This document shows positions 46,601 to 58,600 of a stretch of 64,000 nt of DNA, piece after piece (positions within the stretch are counted from its first letter, which is position 1; each line of letters begins with the position of its first letter). The stretch is taken from positions 68,200,001-68,264,000 of the forward strand of contig NC_135899.1 of assembly GCF_964194155.1 (NCBI RefSeq), given 5' to 3'. Below the pieces are notes generated by a model. It searched no databases and was not told the origin of the DNA. It saw nothing but the letters and a program-made list of their open reading frames with translations. This DNA is from Cetorhinus maximus. Its lineage: Eukaryota. The position numbers and the translations under genes are program-made.

Positions 46601-49600
46601 GTATACACATTGCTGAAAACTCATCAATTCCTCTATCACCTACAGATATTATCCCCAACGTTCTCCTGCCCAGTTTCCTCTATCCTTCGCCTACTAAACA
46701 TAAGATCAAGCAAAACTCAGCTACCCACTTCGTATGGTACACCAAGTTCTGATCGCTTATTCAACCTTTTCCTCACTGTTCTCAATGGTTTCCAGTCCTC
46801 CAATGTCTCAATAATTATTTAAAGCACTCATACTCATGCTTAAATCAATCTATAATCTTGCCCTTGCATATCTCTTGGCCTCCTCTGCACTACAAATCCA
46901 TTCCTTGGATTCTGTTCTCTGTGCACCACTACGCTGTTCACCCTCGTGCTTTCGATTGCCTTGGGCCTTACACTGGAATTCTCTCCTTAAACCCCTACAA
47001 TTCCATTCTATTTATTGCCCTCCAATACTTTCTTTGGCGCAATATCCATTTTTCCCTTCATGCTTATAAAACTCTCACATTCAGGGCTATTTAAATATAA
47101 TGATAAGTTCCAAAAATCTACCCACACAAGTTTAAAAATTATAGGGCAAAGAAAGCTACACTGTTGATAAGCTATGTTTTTAAACCAGATCTAAAAGCAT
47201 ATTATGTAATTTGCATGACTTGACAAGTCCCTTGATTTTCACAAATAAGCCAAGTTGGAGGATTGCTTCTGTAGGTCTTCTGGATCTACAGGAAATGTCA
47301 TTCTGCATAGTTTTGGATCTCCTTTTAGGTTAGAAGACAATGTTGAATGAGTCAATTCTCTCATCATACATCTTTCAACAAAGTATCAAACTGACATTGA
47401 TCACAAATTTTGCTGCATTCTTTTATGAAATTCTTCTCCATCTCTTTAAATATGGGCTAGCATTTAAGCGTGCAGGTCAGTCACATCAAGAGCCTAGTTT
47501 CCAGTGTAACGGATTGAAATGGATCACCGATTTGTCACATTAGTTTATGGCAAAATAGAAATTACTCAGCAGACAAAATAATAAATATTTGTGTAGTTAC
47601 CTCAAAATTATCTTGCTGCACCTTATATAGCAGATGTTCCCAAACTGTGGAGCACTGGACGAGATTTTGGGGTCGTGAGCTCCAAGCAGCAATGGTGGCT
47701 GTGGAGCTCAAACTTTTGACAGCCATTTCTCCTCTCAGTGGGCAAGTTTAATTGTCTGTTTGGAGGCCAGATTGTTACAATCACAGCCTATAAAAAGGTG
47801 GGTCTTTGCTTATTTCACAGGAAGCAGAGCAGCTTTAACCGCTACCCCCCCTCCCTGTCCACCCCCACTAAACACACTCAGTCTCCCTTTCTTCTCTGCC
47901 CCACCCACCCCAACAATTTTCACTCTGGGGCATTAAAATGGGACAAATCAGGAAAAATTTTGGGAAGCACCGATTTATAAGAAATTATATATTTTTAAAA
48001 AATGGATTTTTCCCATGTGAACGAGACAATCTAAACTGTTCATGTTATTTTCACCTCTTCATCTTGCAAATCTCTTCAGAAAAACACCACTACACCAACA
48101 GGAAACGACAGTGTCTTGGACTGCATTTATCCCACCTCCCCAAGAATGTTACGGTTCAGCTGAATACTGTATACCCTTAGTAGACCAAGCACGTTTATTG
48201 CCTTAGCTGAAGGCTGTATTTGAACCTACAATGTTGTTGTCAGAGCCCAATGCATAATCAGTATAACTAGCGAGTGGCCTTAACATTCAGAATTGGAACT
48301 AAATCACATATCTACATTCTCTCACCTCACTCTCAAAAACTTCGTCGTCTGTCAGCAGCTGAAATTGGTCATCTTCATTTTCCTCATCATCCTCCCTAAG
48401 TAGAGATTTAAAAAGTGCTAAATGAAACACACATTTCATTCAAGAGTAATATTCCAGCCCATATTAAAAAAGGACTTGATCTACACAAGATTGCGCTTGG
48501 ATCAAGATTTTACTTTGCAGAATTGAAGTTCTGTCTTACTTGTCTGTTGGAAAAGAGCCTGAGCAAAGTGCTAGCACCTCAGTCATAAGATCATCTGATG
48601 CCGTGGTCATTGCTTTTTGTTGCTTTGCAGCAGAAGAGATGGAACATGAGGATTCTGCTATAGAGAAGCAAGAAATAAATTTGTCATTAATGTCACCAAA
48701 ATTAATCTATTAGAGAAAACTGTTTCAAATTTATATTTGCTCAGTCTATGTTGTGAAATAAGGATAGACATAGGAACATTATGCATCAGTTCAAACATCA
48801 ATCTCTTGACCCTCCCAAAACATATCTATATAACATTAAGGAGGACAATTAAAATTTATTTAAAAAAACCCTGAGTACCTGGAGATATAAACTTGCCAGA
48901 ACAGAGTCCAAGCAATTCATCAATATTCTGCTCTTTTCCTTTGTTCTTTTCCTTTAGTGTATCAAGATTTTGAGATTTAAATTCTCCTGAACAAAAACCC
49001 AGCAACTCCCCCATGTTCGCATCCATTGCATTTTCATCCATATTATCCAGGAGGAGTTGACGTTTTGATAGCTGCCATTTGTTGCTGCGATGACCCACAT
49101 TCAAAAACCTACAATTTAAAAAAATTACAAGTTTATTTAGAAGCCATGCTGGTTCTCAGTTTAATTACTATTTTGAAGTTTTAAAATACATCAATCCTCC
49201 ATGTATATATGGCAGGCAAAATGAAAAAAATACATTCATGATGGTTTAATACACAGCAAGAAATGCTTTCAAGTAGCCCAACATTTATTTGGGGAAAGCA
49301 ATTCAAAGTGGTATACAATAGTAAAATGCTCATGTACTTTAACAATGCTGTTTCAGCACTTATCATATAGAAAATTACAAATTTTGCAAATGTGATAAGG
49401 CCCATAACCTCCGATGGAGTCGCAATTAAGTTGGATTGCCACTCCATCCATAATTACTTACTTTGAAATCCAGCCGATCCTATCTCACACGACTGTCTAA
49501 CTCAGGCTGGCTGAGATCTGTGTAGCACAGTGGATTCCCAAGGCCTACAGTCGAGGGCAGCTCAGTCGAAGTAAGCCAGACCCCCACTACTTTTTTAAAA

Positions 49601-52600
49601 AAAACAGCGCTAGCAGCCGTAAAGCAGGTTAGTTTAAAAGTCCAGCCACTTTGACAAGCCAGTGAGAAGGTAAGTGGGTAGGTTTTTTGGGTGGGAGTGG
49701 TGGTGGGGGAGTCAGGGTGGATCAGTGCTATAGTTATCCAGAAGCTAGAAGTGGTGTTAATTGGGTAACTATTACTGTATGAGAGTCGGAACCATCCAAA
49801 ATTCGCAATTTGAATCCTATTTTTGGATGGTTCCTAGCGCAGGGCAATTGCCCAAAGGAAGTTTGAACTTCCCAGGCAATTGCTGTGCAATCCTTACCTG
49901 GGAACTTCTGAGGGCTTCCCCAGCACATCTTTAGGGCACCCTTCCCCCCCAGATACACTGCCCCAGAGCTCGGAAGTTACAGCCCACAGTGTTAAATATA
50001 ATTGTAGGGTCAGAGCAAAAAATTAATAGATAGTAACTTTCACTCTAAGTTGTTAGTCCTGTTACCTCAGCCTTCTAATAGATACAGCAACTCACCCATC
50101 TGCATCTAGTAACTGACTTTGTGTTTCATCTTCAAGAGAGAACCTGAACTGAGATTCACCAGTTGAGTTCTTCGGTTCTGGAGATGTATTGTATAAATCT
50201 TGCGAATCTTCTACTGGCATGGAGGGCTCAGATAGCTTCCCAGAACTCTGTTGGTACGAAAGATGCATGGATACATTTTATTTTTGGCAATTTATAGTCA
50301 TTTTTTCCCGAATACAGTGTCTACTTCACCATCTGAAAGGTCAGAGAAGAAAAGACTGATGGCAAAAAATTCATGACCGTCTTTTAAACCTAGTTGGCAA
50401 AATTTTTTGTTGTACTGCCAGATGTACAATATCCAATCCCACGTATACTTATAAAGGGTCAACTTCTTATTATGGCTGTAAGTTGGTCTCTCAAATCACC
50501 AACAGCAAATTGTTACTTTTATTCAGGCAAGGTAGGTCTTAAAAATAATTTGTTCAATTTCATTACTGCTGCCATTGGGTCTACCAATCTTTACACTAAA
50601 ACCAGTTATCTGATCCAAGACATCAATAGTTTGCTTTAAAACTGAAATCTGAAGTTTTGCCTTATAAGCTTACCTTAGATGCTGAACTGACGAAGCTGGT
50701 TTTGAATTGACTGTTTGGATTAAAGATGTTAGGTGATGGCGATCTGAATCCTCCTAGCATAGCAGCTCCAAATCTGCCGGGCTGTTTGTTACATGGCTGG
50801 TATGAGGTAATCATTGACCCAATTAGCTCAAAGCTACTGTTGTGACTATTCTCCTTGGCTGTTGAGGCCTGTGAAGTGGAGTCATCTTCATCTGAAATAC
50901 ACATTAAATTGTTTAAGGAATATACATTACTGGCTATCAATTCTGTGTCAAAACTGCCCTGTCACTTCTGAAAACATCTTGTTCACTAATCAGTCACTGT
51001 TTCGGGTAAACCAAGTTTTTCCTAAATTTAAAAAAAACATTAGAGGACTTTTTCTAAAGCACATCTAGCTACCATAGGTTATTCCAAGTTTCAGACACTC
51101 CGGTTTCTGAAGAAATTAGCACTTAGCAATGAAGTAGAGCTTCACAAAATCACCAGGCCCAGAGAGTCTGCATTACAGCACAAAGGTAAAACAAACCAGT
51201 TTGGTCATTAATGTGCTAGGAAAGAAAACCCATGAGAAAAGGCTCCAGATTACAATCCAGCAATTTTGTCTGAAAACGTGTTCCACAGAGGAGGTTGGGT
51301 GCTGCTGGGTTAATTCCTTCCACAGTTGACAAGTTACCAATACTGACCATTCACATTTGTATGAACCATCAGTTAGACAAGGTACCAGAGACAGCTGCAA
51401 TCTACTATAAGGTGCAGCTTGCATACAAGTAAATTTTATTTTATTTTTAAAAAAAATCAAGAACCCTTATTAAGTTGAATTCTACCAGAGCAGACACAAA
51501 AAGCCTTCTTTCTCTTCTGTAACCCTTAAAAATTACTTCTGACTGAATAAATGAAGAGTAGGGAGGTGGGGAATAAGAGAAAAGGACTTCAGGTTACATG
51601 TGTTGAAAGTACCTCCTTTGAATTAACAGTACACTGATAATTTATGAAGTTTTTAACAATGACAGGGCATCAGACAGAAACTAAAATTTATTACCAAGTT
51701 TGCTATCCCCTTTGGGCGGTGTTTGTTGAAGTTGTAGCCTCAATTTGTTGCCAGAAGTCTGTTCACTGAAAGATATCACAATAACTCTAGATCAGTTAAA
51801 CCAAGTACATTTATTAGTAATTCTTAAGCATGTACTTCACTAATGCTGACCAAAAACATTAGGAAGCTTTTCTTGGCCAAGATTTGATTCAACATTCCAC
51901 TCCAGAACTATGATAGGAGAGAGCCTCAAATTCTCACTATTTTGATCACAGTCAGGAATGCAATGAATTTGAAAAGGTCTGGCTGAGAATGCCATCTCAG
52001 CGCTTCTCTCCATCTCTCAGTTAACCAAACCCAAAACTCACTGTCTAGTACATGGATACTCTGACCTCCTACAATAGCTATACTGGTCTATCTCTATATA
52101 ATATATAGATACTACATCTACACAAAGATATTCTTGGGAGATCAGGCTGGCTACAAATGTAGTCACAATTCAAATAAATATTAACCTCTACCTAACTTAC
52201 CAATGCACTTTAATATTAATCCATTTTCACCACAAAGCAAAAACATAGAATGAATGTATTTCCGACAAGCTCAAAAGTACAAACTTTTAAGTGCAAGATA
52301 AATTTTGTAGCCAAAACATGGATAGGGAAAAAAAAAAGTAAAGGAAATATTTTACACAGGATCACATCATTTTTAATACATTTGCAGTTAATTCTAGGGT
52401 TTCTTATCAGGTGAAAACAGCAGCTAACATTTTAAAGCTCCATAGAATGAATCAAGCTGAAAATATCTATAAATTACCTAAATTTAAAGGAGGAAGCAGT
52501 CCCAGGTTTTAAGGGCTGTGAACATTCTGAGGCAATAGCTTTTGGTGTAGGTGTAGATTCCTTCTGGGTTACAAGATCCTGATCTGAAATAAAATATCAA

Positions 52601-55600
52601 CAGAAGGTCAGGGCGAGATGTAGTTTTGGTTTCACATAATAAATGAAACTGTTACGTTAGAAGTAACCTAGAGATGATCTGATGCCTATAGGTATATTTT
52701 AAAGCTGAACTTAGTAAGTTTAACAACTTTCTGTCAATGGGCACCTTAATCAATCCATTTATTGGAATATAAAACTGCAATATTTTTGTAATCAAGGTTT
52801 GAAATAAGTTCATTTCTACCTATAAATTCAAATAAATAGAACCTTTCTTGGGCTGAGGCATTTAAATGGCTGAGACATCGGTTTTAGGAAGCTCTGCAAA
52901 GAGAGATCTCAAAGCTTTGTCCCGTAAAAAGTCTGGCTGGTTATCAGAAAGGTGGATAGTGGAGATTCCATGATATAATTAAGATTTCCTTAATAAATCT
53001 TACTTCAATTAGTCACTTTAAAAAAAATCCTTATTTCACAGAAGTGTTCAAGTCAAAATACTGAATACATTACACGTCTGTTAGTTAAATGCTTGTCTCA
53101 CTCTGCAGAGTCTACAGTGCCAAAATCAGCATAAACTGTTACAAATCATAGAAAAACAACAATATGTTACTGCAAACTAGATATTCAATATCTTACACCA
53201 GTGAAACAAAACAATAAAGTTCTGTTAAGCTTAGTTCCACTCAGTTTCTCTTAAGCTGAAAAACTGAACAGAACCGAATCCCAGGGCATTCAAAAACTAG
53301 TCAGACCAGAACACCAGTATTGAATCATTCGTCCAATTAAATGGTAAATTTATTACAACAAATGTGTGTCAAAAAGTTATTTTTTTCCTAAATTTATAAT
53401 GTTCAATATGGGTAAGTCCTCCTCTTTCTCCCCTTCCCTCATAGGTCAGTGGCAAGACTAGGTAGTGACACTTAGCTACAGATCAGAATGGTCCCACAGG
53501 TTTGCACGAAGTCAGACCATTCATAGTACTCTGTATGAAATCAATCCTTATGCATCTGAAAAAATCATTTTAGTGAATAAGCTTGCTTTTTTCATATACA
53601 GAGCACATAGATTCAATTTAAGTGTCCTTTGATAGGGTTTCACTTACTCTGTGCTGTATCAGTAGATTGAGTGTCATCATCTGCTTCCACCCCCGCCTCC
53701 TCCCCATCACCAAGTAGGAATTCTACATTCTAAGACAAATGCAAAATCACCAGTGTCAACCTAAATGAAATGCAACAGGACTTGACAAATACAGACCACA
53801 CCACAAGCCAACCAAAGCATTTAAATATGTTTAATCCTCTTACTTCTGTACAATTCCCATTCCAACTAAGAAAATTTACTCCTTCCACTTAACTCTATTT
53901 TGATGCTTCATACATTAATCCAAACAATTCAGAGCATTTCCATTCCTTTCATGTAAGCATGGAGGACAAGAGTTGCTCTGAGATGCATGAAAACCTCACC
54001 TTCACTCCTAACACCACCCCCCAACCCCCACAAAATACATCAACAGATTAGTCAGAGCGTGAGTGAAGAGCGCAGTGGTAGACCCTGCAGTGGGGTAAAA
54101 AATCAACCTAAAATACAGCGGATATCTTGTTTAAGATAAACACAAATGGGAAAGTACTTTGTACAGGAAGCACTCTATTTTCACAGCTTTCCTCTTACCA
54201 GTACTTTAACTGACATCAAGTTAAAATGTTTTAAAGATTATACCTCAGGATCGTCTTCTTCAGACTCCGTCAGTTCTTCTTCCTCGTCCTCTTCATTCTC
54301 AAAGCCCTGCTCATTATCAAGTTTGTACAATGCTTGCCGTTTCTGACGCTCTTCTATGCGACGCAATTTCATTGCTTCCTGGAGTTTGGCTTTCAAAGCT
54401 TGAAGTTTTTCACCTGTACAATGCAACAATACAACAGTAAAAGACAAGATAATTTTTAAACATATAGCAATATCTAACTAAAATATTTTATGTTTTCCCA
54501 GAAAACTTGGTCTACAAGTGGACTACTCTTTACAATTCTAAGGCCCGAGGATCATACAAACTTGGTGTAGGAGCTACATGGCTCTTGATTATTTTGCCTG
54601 CATTCTGGTATACAGTTCTACTTAGTGAAGATTAATGAGAGCATGCTATTGCTGGTATAAGATATCATTTTCACAGACAATGCAGCTTTAATTTCACACA
54701 AATATATTCAGCTATTTTTGATAGTCAACAAATCTTATTAGCACTTTTAAAAAAAAAACTCTCATCTCTTCCCATCCCCTAAACTGCTATTCATTTTATC
54801 TAGCTAAAAGCTTTGCTCTGTAACCAGATCAGAAATAATACATTCATATTAAACTCTAACAGTGGGATCAATTTAACACATTCAAACTCAACATAAAATA
54901 ATTGAGACAAGTTTTACAGACTGCAGTAACAATCAAGTAACAATGATGTGCAGTGAATGGGAATAGATTACAAATGAATGCCTCGGAATTAATCAAAAGC
55001 GGACTCCATGCAGCAATTATTGCCCATTTAGCCACCAAAGCCATTATTTTTAAATGATTTACTGAACTTAACTACAACTGCCATTTTACACTTGAGCACA
55101 GATCTTATGGCCAGTGGAGGGATTGGTAATAGTTCAAGATCTAGACTGAAGCTCCAGGCTAGAAAATCAATGCTACAGATTGATCAACAGTCATATAATA
55201 TAATATATAATAATAATGTACTGATCAACAGCTATTTGTAATATTATATTGTAATAAATATTACAGATAACTGTTGGTCAATAAAATACATAATATAATC
55301 AATATAGTATAACAACGTGTTTTGTCGCGGATTTCTGGTGTCTCAGTAGGCCTTTCTCATAAGTGTTGGGCATGACATATCCACCATCATACCCAGTTCT
55401 CTCAGGTTCACCAGCTTCACCCACTCACACAGCCCTCACAACCCCACCACCCCTCTCCTCCACCAGGCTTCGTTAGCACCCACACGACACAGTTGCCACT
55501 CTACCAAAATTGTTGGTGATGAGGGAAAGTCAGGTGATGGCAGCTTAAAAAAATGTCCAGTTTTTGGATATCACTGATTTTCAGACAGTTGTATTTGACA

Positions 55601-58600
55601 CACAGTACCTCTGTATAATCATTATAACAGGGTGAATGCTGAGAGAATGTTTCCCCTTATGAGAGAAACAAGAACCAGGGGTTACGGTTTAAAAAAAGGT
55701 ATTCCATTTAAAATGGAGATGTGGAGAATTTCTCTCTCACTGGGTCATTGTTCGATGGAATTCTCTTCCCCAGACAGCAATGGAGGCAGTGTCATTGAAT
55801 ATTTTTAAGGCTGAGTTAGATAGCTTCTTGACTGACAAAGAAGTCAAGGTGTATAGTGAATAGACAGGAAAGTGGAGTTGAGGCCACACTCAGATCAGCT
55901 GTGATCTTATCAAATGGTGGAGGCTCGAGGGGCCAAACGGCCTACTCCTGCTCCTAATTCGGATGTATCTCTAATCATTGAAACACTTGCCTGGCTTTAT
56001 TGCTCCAAATTCCTCCACTTCTTTCTTGCCCAGGGTTACTGCTACTGAATCTGCTTTAAGTTCTTCCTTCCCATCAGCATAAGTTTTCCGAATAATGTTA
56101 AGCTCTACATGGCGTTCTTGGTTTTGTTTAACAGGCTTGATGCTATGTTTCAGAAAACGTTCCTTTAATGCTTGAAGCTCTGAACAGAAAAAAAACAGCC
56201 ACCTTTACAGGGACATTGGACATGTTGTACTAACAGCACAAAACAAGCTCTTTTCAACTTGCTTTTGTTGAGCAGAGATTTGCTTGGCTGATTTAACAAA
56301 AACACTTTGAAATACACACTCAACATGCATGTAAAAGTTATAAAACTGAAATAAAATTAAATCTGAAACTATGGCAGGTATTGTCAACAACACAGATTCA
56401 AAGTAATTGGTAAAGAACAAGAAACAGGATGAATAGATTTGTGCGTGCTTTTAAAATTCAGGAAGTTATGACGATCTAGAATGTACAGCCTAAAAAGTTT
56501 CCAAGGAGAAATTAAATACGAGAAGGAAAAAATTTGCAGGCCCTTGAGGAAAGGGGCTAACTGGGTAGCTCTTTCAAAGGGTTGGCACAAGCACAATGGA
56601 TCAAATGGACTCCTTTTGTGCTGTATCATTGCATGACTCAGAGAGATCTCTCATTTCAGGTATGTGTCCCTACAAATTACTATCGTCACATCATTGGCAT
56701 GCATCATTCATTTGAATGGCCCTGAATTCATTCATTGCAACCAAACAATTCAAAAAAAGACTAAATATTCAATGTTTCTTGCTTTTCTTAAGTAACTTTT
56801 GTCACCACATACATTCCAATAAAGGTTCACAACCCTCCAAGACTACTCCTCAAACTAAAAGGTGCTCAAAAATGATCCAGAACTACTGATTTTCTGAATC
56901 TGTCTTCCTTCCTGTGAGGTAAGCAGCTCCATTTAATGGTTTATTGTAATCAGGAATTCTTCATGTATGGAATTGAGACACACCAATTTGTTTTCTATCA
57001 CACTGCAGCACTGCTTTCTAAACGTGCTTTGGTTACACCACTAAAATCGACAGCAACTTCTGCAGTTTCCACATGTGCAGTTAAGCATGCAAATTCAAAT
57101 GCTGCTGTCAAGTGATTCTACGCTTCACCATAGGGTGCGCTAGTGAAAGTCGCACTCTTCCCCCCACAAAGGCTGCGGTCAATTAGAAATCAATGAACTG
57201 ATGAGAACTTGCCCTTTCACGCTGTTTGTCTCACTGTAAAAACATATGAATGGTACACCTTCTTGAATGAGATGTAACTGGGTTTTAGAAGGTGTACTAA
57301 GTTCATAGTTACCACTGAACAGCCTCACTAGCTCTAAAAGGCTAGTTTTATATGTGCGGATGTCAAATTTCTCCATTGTGATAAACTCACATTTTAAAAA
57401 TATATTTAAAAATTATGACATTTCAGTTTCTACCTCAAGCCCCTTTGTTTGTCCCAATCATTTATTTCATGTCCTGCAAAGTTCTAATTAGAAGTGAAAA
57501 AATTGGCGGCATTTTACTTCCTGGTTTGCTATCTGTGGGATTACTTCAGTGTGATTGGCTATTTATCCTGCTTGATGAACATCCCTGCTGGACACCTGGA
57601 GATCCCCTTGACTTGGTGTCAGATTCAAACCATAAACAGAAAAGGGGAAATTCATGCCACAGAGATTGCCAGATCATTGTGTGCAGCTTTCTTTCTGCAA
57701 GGCCAGAGGCAAGGGCAAGTTGCTTTGTCGCTGACCACAAAATACAGGCCAATCTTTTTGTTGCAATGTGTCCCTTAACATAAAATTGGCTTAGAATTCA
57801 ATACTACTTAGTAAATATAACATCTGAGAAAGGCAACCTTTGTTTTCTTTTGGCTCTTCCAGGTTTACAAATGCACCCTCATCTGCACAAAGGCGAGGCT
57901 TCAATGTTAGGTCCACACCCAGCACCCGTAATTTATCCAATTTGGATTTTCGTTGCTTGACCATTGAAGTTGCCTCCAACTGTTTTTGCTCTTCTTCTGT
58001 AACACTTGGTACATCATTGGAGAGTTTCACCACAGCATCAGGTACTATTTTACCAAGCTCTACATGAGGATTCTCATGCATAGTTGTTAGTCTGTCGCTG
58101 GACCCGGTTTCCTCAGCTAGTTCCAAGCAAAAGGAGTAATGGTCAGGTTCCATGCTAGGTTCAGCATTTACAGAGTTTTTTTCTTTGCTTTCCAGGTCAG
58201 TGGAAATATCTGGCTGTTCTATTATCTCAATTTTCTTCTTTTCCACCTGAATTTCACTTTCAGGTGGATTAGGACAAGTGTTTTCTTTATTATTTGAATT
58301 GTTTAAATCAGGTTCTTCTATTTCTGGAATCTCTGTAGTTGCGACATTTTCGTTGTTAAGAGCCAACTGATCAAGTAGTCCATGATCTTGAGGAACAGTA
58401 TTTAATATTTCAATCTCTGTTGTGGAATCTGAGGTTTCCTGTAGCAAGCAGGGTTGATACTTAGATGACCTGAAAGAAAATGGTGTATCATTTAACCATG
58501 ATCAAAAATGAACTTTTCTAAGTCAAAGAAACAATTTCAACCAGGAACAGTTTTGAAATAAAGCACAAATCTAAAAAGAATATTTTTGCTAATGAATAAC

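Noticed and set aside
57415-57783. Overlapping plus-strand ORFs of 122 and 94 aa
   Set aside because: Antisense intronic sequence, no motif and no splice support.
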